Positions 59,236 to 64,000 of a stretch of 64,000 nucleotides of DNA are shown here, in pieces. A model generated the notes under the pieces. It was not told the origin of the DNA. It did no database searches and saw only the letters and a program-made list of their open reading frames with translations. The position numbers and the translations under genes were made by a program. The first letter of the stretch is position 1, and the number at the start of each line of letters is the position of its first letter. Origin of the DNA: a bacterium (lineage in GTDB: Bacteria; Patescibacteriota; Minisyncoccia; Phycocordibacterales; UBA5272); NCBI GenBank assembly GCA_027482685.1, contig JAIXVU010000001.1, positions 64,910 through 128,909 on the forward strand, written 5' to 3'.

Positions 59236-59901
59236 TTATGCGTCAGGTGCGTCTATATCTGCACTTATCATGTAGTGGTCTATGTGTCCTATACGATGAG
59301 ATGTTATCTTTGCGTGACTATAGCGCAAATCCTTCGTCACAAAGATTTTATCAAGTGACAAGAACATTCTACATGTAGGCCCTAGATGCTCTAAGATATC
59401 AACATGGTCTTCACAGATAGCATCATATGACTGCTTATCTCGTGTTGAGAGAAACTTCTTGTATAGTATCCAAAAGTTAGTATCCCCAAGAATAACCCCC
59501 TTCTTTCCTGGCAGGTCAGGTAGCAGGTTGCGTGTTTGCATATGTCTCACACGCGGAGAAAATGCGTACAAGTGTATAGGGAAAAAGGTAACACCATTGA
59601 TACGATAATCATGACTATGTGTATGCTCTATATCTTCTATAGGGAATCTACTTATAAAGAGTGATACTGACTCTCGCTCACCTGTATGGATAGAGAGACG
59701 ATACTTGTGATCTTCGAAGTGCTCCGCGATAAGATCACAATCTTCAGGAAGCACCTCTTGCAAGAACATTACATCAGCATTTGCATGCTTGAGAACAGGA
59801 ATCACTTCGTCAATATTATCCCTCTGAAATGCATAATGATCCCTCCCTGGGAAATGTTTGATCCAGATGAAGTTACCTATATTCCACGATACTACTTTCA
59901 T
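59236..59901 (-). CDS. Endonuclease/exonuclease/phosphatase family protein
   Basis: VSWNI, DVMFLQEV, ILGDTN, LDKIF, DHY. Confidence 0.85.
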   Translation of the reverse strand: MKVVSWNIGNFIWIKHFPGRDHYAFQRDNIDEVIPVLKHANADVMFLQEVLPEDCDLIAEHFEDHKYRLSIHTGERESVSLFISRFPIEDIEHTHSHDYRINGVTFFPIHLYAFSPRVRHMQTRNLLPDLPGKKGVILGDTNFWILYKKFLSTRDKQSYDAICEDHVDILEHLGPTCRMFLSLDKIFVTKDLRYSHAKITSHRIGHIDHYMISADIDAPDA

Positions 59902-60015
59902 ATCATCTAACGATAGCGTCAAAGGTATTTGCTGTCAATGGATATACTATATGTTGGAAATGAGTACAACTTATTAAAATAAAGACCATGTCGTATAACA
60001 TGATTTTTATTACTG

Positions 60016-60088
60016 TGGACCCTAGCGGATTCGAACCGCTCGCCTCTGGAGTGCAAAACCAGTGCTCTACCAAATGAGCTAAGGGCCC
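60016..60088 (-). tRNA. tRNA-Ala(TGC)
   Basis: GGGCCCTTAGCTCATTTGGTAGAGCACTGGTTTTGCACTCCAG...GGTTCGAATCC...AGGGTCCA; G3:U70 pair. Confidence 0.92.
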
Positions 60089-60131
60089 GTATTTAATTGT
60101 GTGATGAGCTTATATTTCGTTTGACAATAAT

Positions 60132-60208
60132 AGTGGTTTTGCAGAACCAGTGTCTATTTTTATTTTGCCAAATGAGCTAAGGGCCCATATTTAATCGTCT
60201 GATGAACT
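60132..60208 (-). repeat. Degenerate upstream copy of tRNA-Ala 5' part
   Basis: 60168-60186 identical to 60070-60088; leader and anticodon-arm remnants also similar. Confidence 0.8.
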
Positions 60209-60286
60209 AAAACCTCTTTATTTAAGGTCTCAATATTCTACCAAAAAACCACCTTTTAGGCAAGGTAGTTTTTGTACAGAACTAGG

Positions 60287-62062
60287 TTAGCCTATTTGTT
60301 CGAGCTTCTTCTCTATCTCTTTTTCGGTAATATCGAGGCGTTTCTTGAATTTTTTTAGTATCATGAGCTCTTCTTTTGTAAGTTCACGCTTCTTCTCAGC
60401 TTTTACAAGGAGTGTATGGAACTCTTCAGTGTCTCGACGAAGTGCAAGTACATTAGTCTTAAGAGTTGTCTCCGCATCAAGCATGGTACGTCTCACTTTA
60501 CGTTTGAATCGTGAGAACTGTACAAACGAATACCAGAGTGTGGCAACTACAAGTGTAGACGCAACAATAATAACAAGTAGTACTGATAGCCAATTCATAA
60601 TAAATACACCGAACCTAAGAATAGGTATACTTTCAAATGTTACGACCTTGCTACTTGTGTAATCACTGACTGCACCTTGTGTTGTTATTGCGCGAACTTT
60701 CATCTCGTATGACCCAGATTTCATACGCGCGAGTAACGCAAGCGAATAGTTACCTTGTACATCTGCATTTGTAGTTTCTGTTATACTGTTGCTATCTTTA
60801 TCAATAAGAGTAACCTCAACTGTTGCAGATGGATATGTCACTCCGGTAATGAGTAATGTATTAGTTAACTCTATATTTTTTGTATAGCTTGTTATTGTTG
60901 GAGGATCAATACCTTCTATTGTATATGTTAGTTCTGTTGAAACTTTGTTACGTGCTTTATCATATGCATTTACAATAACGGTATGTTTACCTACCCCTTT
61001 CTTAGGAAGTGAATATAAGTTAGTTGGTACGTAAGGATATACTACCTCCTTGTCACCATTGATTACAAGACCGATACTTCCAATACCTGAGAGTGTATCT
61101 GTTGCTACAACTTGTATAATTGGTTTCGGATTATATGTCGTAGAACCGTCAGGAAATGTTGCTGTTATCTTTTCAGGATTAACTGTGTCTATTTGAAAAC
61201 GATAGTGCGATACAGGTCCCCAGCCAAGCTGATTCTTAAACTGCACATGCATAAACTGAACGCCGTCATCAGAAACTGTAAACGAACGATTAGAGACTGG
61301 AGGATCATATACTCTCGTTGGGATGTCTTTTTCTTCTTCGCCGTATGAGGTTCGAACTGCTGTAACATCAACTGGAAGATTCCAGTCAAACACTATATCG
61401 CGAGAGCGATACCATGCAGTACTATCTGGGTGGGTTGATGATTTAATAACCGGAACGGCGATATCTGTTTCTACAGCATCAGTACTGTTATTAATATCTG
61501 CAATACCATCTAGAATAAATGTTGCGTTTCCAAGAGTCCTTAGAACATTTGTCGCTTCTCCATCATTTGCTAGAACTTCACCCTTTGATAACGTAACAAT
61601 TCCTTGTCCTTTTTTCTTAACTCTAAAATGTAAACTAACAATCTTACCTTGCGAACCACTAAACCCTGGATTAAGGATTGCGCCTTCTAGGGTTGCTCTA
61701 CCGGACGTATTAGAAAAAGTTGGGTCTTCGGTCCATAGTGTAATGATGGAGCCAATTTTTTTAATAGAAGTAAGTTCAAGTGTCTCAGTAGAAAAAGTAA
61801 TACCAGCTGAAACTGCGTTTATCGGATCTTGGTTACTACTCACGTAGAGGTTAACAGAAAATGTCTCCCCTATCTTATACGATCCTGTCGATGGAGAAAT
61901 GATTAGATTAGCAGCATAGACAGATGTACTTGAATATACAGCAACAATACAAAATAAAATAAACAAGTTCTTACAGAAAAGTCTATGTATACTGCTATGA
62001 AAAAAACTTTTTTGTAAGAAATGTTTTAGTTCGAGTAAGAATGTGTGAACTACAGAATACAT
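60287..62062 (-). CDS. Cohesin-domain + Ig-like repeat surface protein with C-terminal TM
   Basis: LIISPSTGSYKIGETFSV..INAVSA.ITF..., SSTHPD...WY, C-terminal TM and coiled coil. Confidence 0.75.
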   Translation of the reverse strand: MYSVVHTFLLELKHFLQKSFFHSSIHRLFCKNLFILFCIVAVYSSTSVYAANLIISPSTGSYKIGETFSVNLYVSSNQDPINAVSAGITFSTETLELTSIKKIGSIITLWTEDPTFSNTSGRATLEGAILNPGFSGSQGKIVSLHFRVKKKGQGIVTLSKGEVLANDGEATNVLRTLGNATFILDGIADINNSTDAVETDIAVPVIKSSTHPDSTAWYRSRDIVFDWNLPVDVTAVRTSYGEEEKDIPTRVYDPPVSNRSFTVSDDGVQFMHVQFKNQLGWGPVSHYRFQIDTVNPEKITATFPDGSTTYNPKPIIQVVATDTLSGIGSIGLVINGDKEVVYPYVPTNLYSLPKKGVGKHTVIVNAYDKARNKVSTELTYTIEGIDPPTITSYTKNIELTNTLLITGVTYPSATVEVTLIDKDSNSITETTNADVQGNYSLALLARMKSGSYEMKVRAITTQGAVSDYTSSKVVTFESIPILRFGVFIMNWLSVLLVIIVASTLVVATLWYSFVQFSRFKRKVRRTMLDAETTLKTNVLALRRDTEEFHTLLVKAEKKRELTKEELMILKKFKKRLDITEKEIEKKLEQIG

Positions 62063-62987
62063 AAATAAAAGACAATAAAATAATTATACTTATACCTATC
62101 AGTATACGTGATGAACTTGTTTTTATAGGAAGGTTGTCAACAGGAAGTATCGTCCATGTTGTATACGTATTATTTTCGTAAAAGATTTTTATATGTGTAT
62201 ATGTTGTTCGAGATTGATTATCTAGAATATACAACATAGTATTAACCTCCTTCCATTCGGAATTCTTTACGCGAGTAATATCGTATTCTCCTGTTTCAGC
62301 AACTTCTATTTTTGATACCGGGCGAACTGATTGATCTTCGATGATTGATATATACCATTTATTATCACCAATATATGGATCACGACTTGTAACAACCTGA
62401 AGAGTGTTACTATCTCGATATGATAATTCGTTTTGTACACGAGAATACTCGATAGACTGAGTAGGAACTTCTATGTTACGTGTTTGAGTTGATATAGTAA
62501 GCGGTGTTCCTTTATCATTAAAAAGATACGCACGTGCTTCTGATATGCTAATTGGTGTCATTGTTGAGCCAGCGCGATTAATTGGAATTAAAGTAACGAT
62601 AAACAATAATCCTGGGCGCACTCCGTCATAATACGGACTTCGTACACCTTTGTACCCTCCGGGCATGACGCCTTCAAAAACAAGAGTACTTGTCGTACCG
62701 CTCGTGATTATATTTGAACGTTTTGGTTGAGAGAGCCACAGTGACACAACACTACTACGTGTAGTAATACTCTCAACCTTAAATAAGGTCGCGTCGTATG
62801 TAAACTTCCCTTCAATTGCACCAAGAGCACTATCCTCAGCGTCTAATGAAACAACTACATCAAAGGGCTCACTGTTAGATGCAGACATTTTCGGAACGTC
62901 TAAGATAATAGAAGCTGCACTCCCGCTACTAAAAAGCATAAAGACAAGTAGTAGAGCTATAAAAATAGTAAGTGTTGTTTTTTTCAT
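61995..62987 (-). CDS. Cohesin-like domain surface protein
   Basis: Signal peptide, AIEGKFTYD...SVVSLW..P, G.MPGGY, C-terminal TM. Confidence 0.65.
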   Translation of the reverse strand: MKKTTLTIFIALLLVFMLFSSGSAASIILDVPKMSASNSEPFDVVVSLDAEDSALGAIEGKFTYDATLFKVESITTRSSVVSLWLSQPKRSNIITSGTTSTLVFEGVMPGGYKGVRSPYYDGVRPGLLFIVTLIPINRAGSTMTPISISEARAYLFNDKGTPLTISTQTRNIEVPTQSIEYSRVQNELSYRDSNTLQVVTSRDPYIGDNKWYISIIEDQSVRPVSKIEVAETGEYDITRVKNSEWKEVNTMLYILDNQSRTTYTHIKIFYENNTYTTWTILPVDNLPIKTSSSRILIGISIIILLSFIYVFCSSHILTRTKTFLTKKFFS

Positions 62988-63000
62988 ACGAAATATGTAC

Positions 63001-63993
63001 TTAACCTGTCCAGCAGTATGCAAGAATACTAAAATCTACTAGATCAATAGACTCATCACGACTTAAATCAACGTTTGGAGGAAACCCGTATCTCTTATAC
63101 CAAAATGCCATGATACTAAAATCAAAAAGATTAACAAAAGAGTCATTATTGATGTCACAATAATATGTACTTATCTTACGAATTCCTATATATACATTTT
63201 TATCACCAACACGAAACTTTTGCACAGAAGAACGAGGTGAGGATAGTGCCATATTTTCTGAACGTACATGAACAGTGTAATCACCAAGTGAAATATCTGT
63301 TGATTTAAGAGTATACGACCATTCACCAGACCCAGAAAGCTTAGTAGTGAAGTGAAGGACAGTATCTATATCTTCAGAAGATATAATGTAAAGTTGAAGA
63401 ACTTGATTAGGCGCCCCTTTCCCACTAAGAGTTATGTAATCTCCGAAACGAACTTCACTTTTATCAATAGCAAGTGTTGGTGCAATAAGGATGTTATCGA
63501 TAACCGTTGTTATTCCCGTAGTAACAACAACAGAAAAAGATTGTAGATCCGTACTTCCACTACCAGGAATTTCTGCACGAACAGAAAAGGTATACGTTCC
63601 TGTGTTTAGATCACGTAATGATGAGGAAAAAAATCCTTCGTTGTTAGTTAGAACCCTGTCTACAACGATACCATTCTTAAGAATAGATACTATGCTATTA
63701 GGGTATGAAGTTCCTCTTAGGAGGACGACTTCAGATCCCGCCTCAATTGTTATGGGAACACCGCTTAGAGGATTAGTTGGTTTGTCATAGAGCGGATACG
63801 ACGGGGCAAGCGTGAGAAGAACCTGAGCAGATACAGTTACACTAGTTTCGAGAGACTCTGGGAGAGCGTGAGTAATCAGAGATTGGCTTACAAGAAGTGA
63901 AAACAGGAGAAAATATGTACGTAGTGAGAAACTACTCATCTGAGCGAGACTTTCTTTGCATTCTACGAAGTCTTTCAATGATAGCTTTATCAT
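63001..63993 (-). CDS. Ig-like repeat protein with C-terminal dockerin-like duplicated EF-hand motif (start may be 63939)
   Basis: DINNDSFVNLFDFSIMAFWY...DLSRDESIDLVDFSILAYCWTG. Confidence 0.8.
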   Translation of the reverse strand: MIKLSLKDFVECKESLAQMSSFSLRTYFLLFSLLVSQSLITHALPESLETSVTVSAQVLLTLAPSYPLYDKPTNPLSGVPITIEAGSEVVLLRGTSYPNSIVSILKNGIVVDRVLTNNEGFFSSSLRDLNTGTYTFSVRAEIPGSGSTDLQSFSVVVTTGITTVIDNILIAPTLAIDKSEVRFGDYITLSGKGAPNQVLQLYIISSEDIDTVLHFTTKLSGSGEWSYTLKSTDISLGDYTVHVRSENMALSSPRSSVQKFRVGDKNVYIGIRKISTYYCDINNDSFVNLFDFSIMAFWYKRYGFPPNVDLSRDESIDLVDFSILAYCWTG

Positions 63994-64000
63994 GTCTCTT

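Overview
Bacterial chromosome segment (standard code, AT-rich), most consistent with a Patescibacteria/CPR (Parcubacteria-like) genome. This is an inference from short housekeeping genes, a cohesin/dockerin surface-protein cluster and many genes with a -10 box just upstream of ATG. The backbone carries MarR + RND efflux, rlmB, a UvrD-nuclease, rpmA, rplI, ctpA, cysS, dnaB, recR, rplU, rmuC, dnaX, dus, serS, tRNA-Gln and tRNA-Ala, interspersed with solitary orphan genes that have their own consensus promoter, SD and often a terminator. A ~15 kb AT-rich island follows tRNA-Gln (33.0-48.3 kb, 19-bp direct repeats). It holds a RusA-like / RDxxTGxF-peptide / catalytically degenerate IrrE-like / PIN module, a type I R-M system with an inserted KAP NTPase, a large serine recombinase, a UDG-like gene behind a highly structured ~180-nt RNA-like leader, and phage-like TerS/ParB-methylase genes. 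The best candidates for something new are (i) the 44.1-44.3 kb structured RNA, (ii) the 33.2-36.2 kb module, (iii) a ~92-nt covarying three-way-junction element present twice (6.3 and 14.2 kb), and (iv) degenerate structured tRNA copies upstream of both tRNAs. An alternative oxidase is also unexpected in such a genome. All calls are from reading the sequence by eye; no searches were run.
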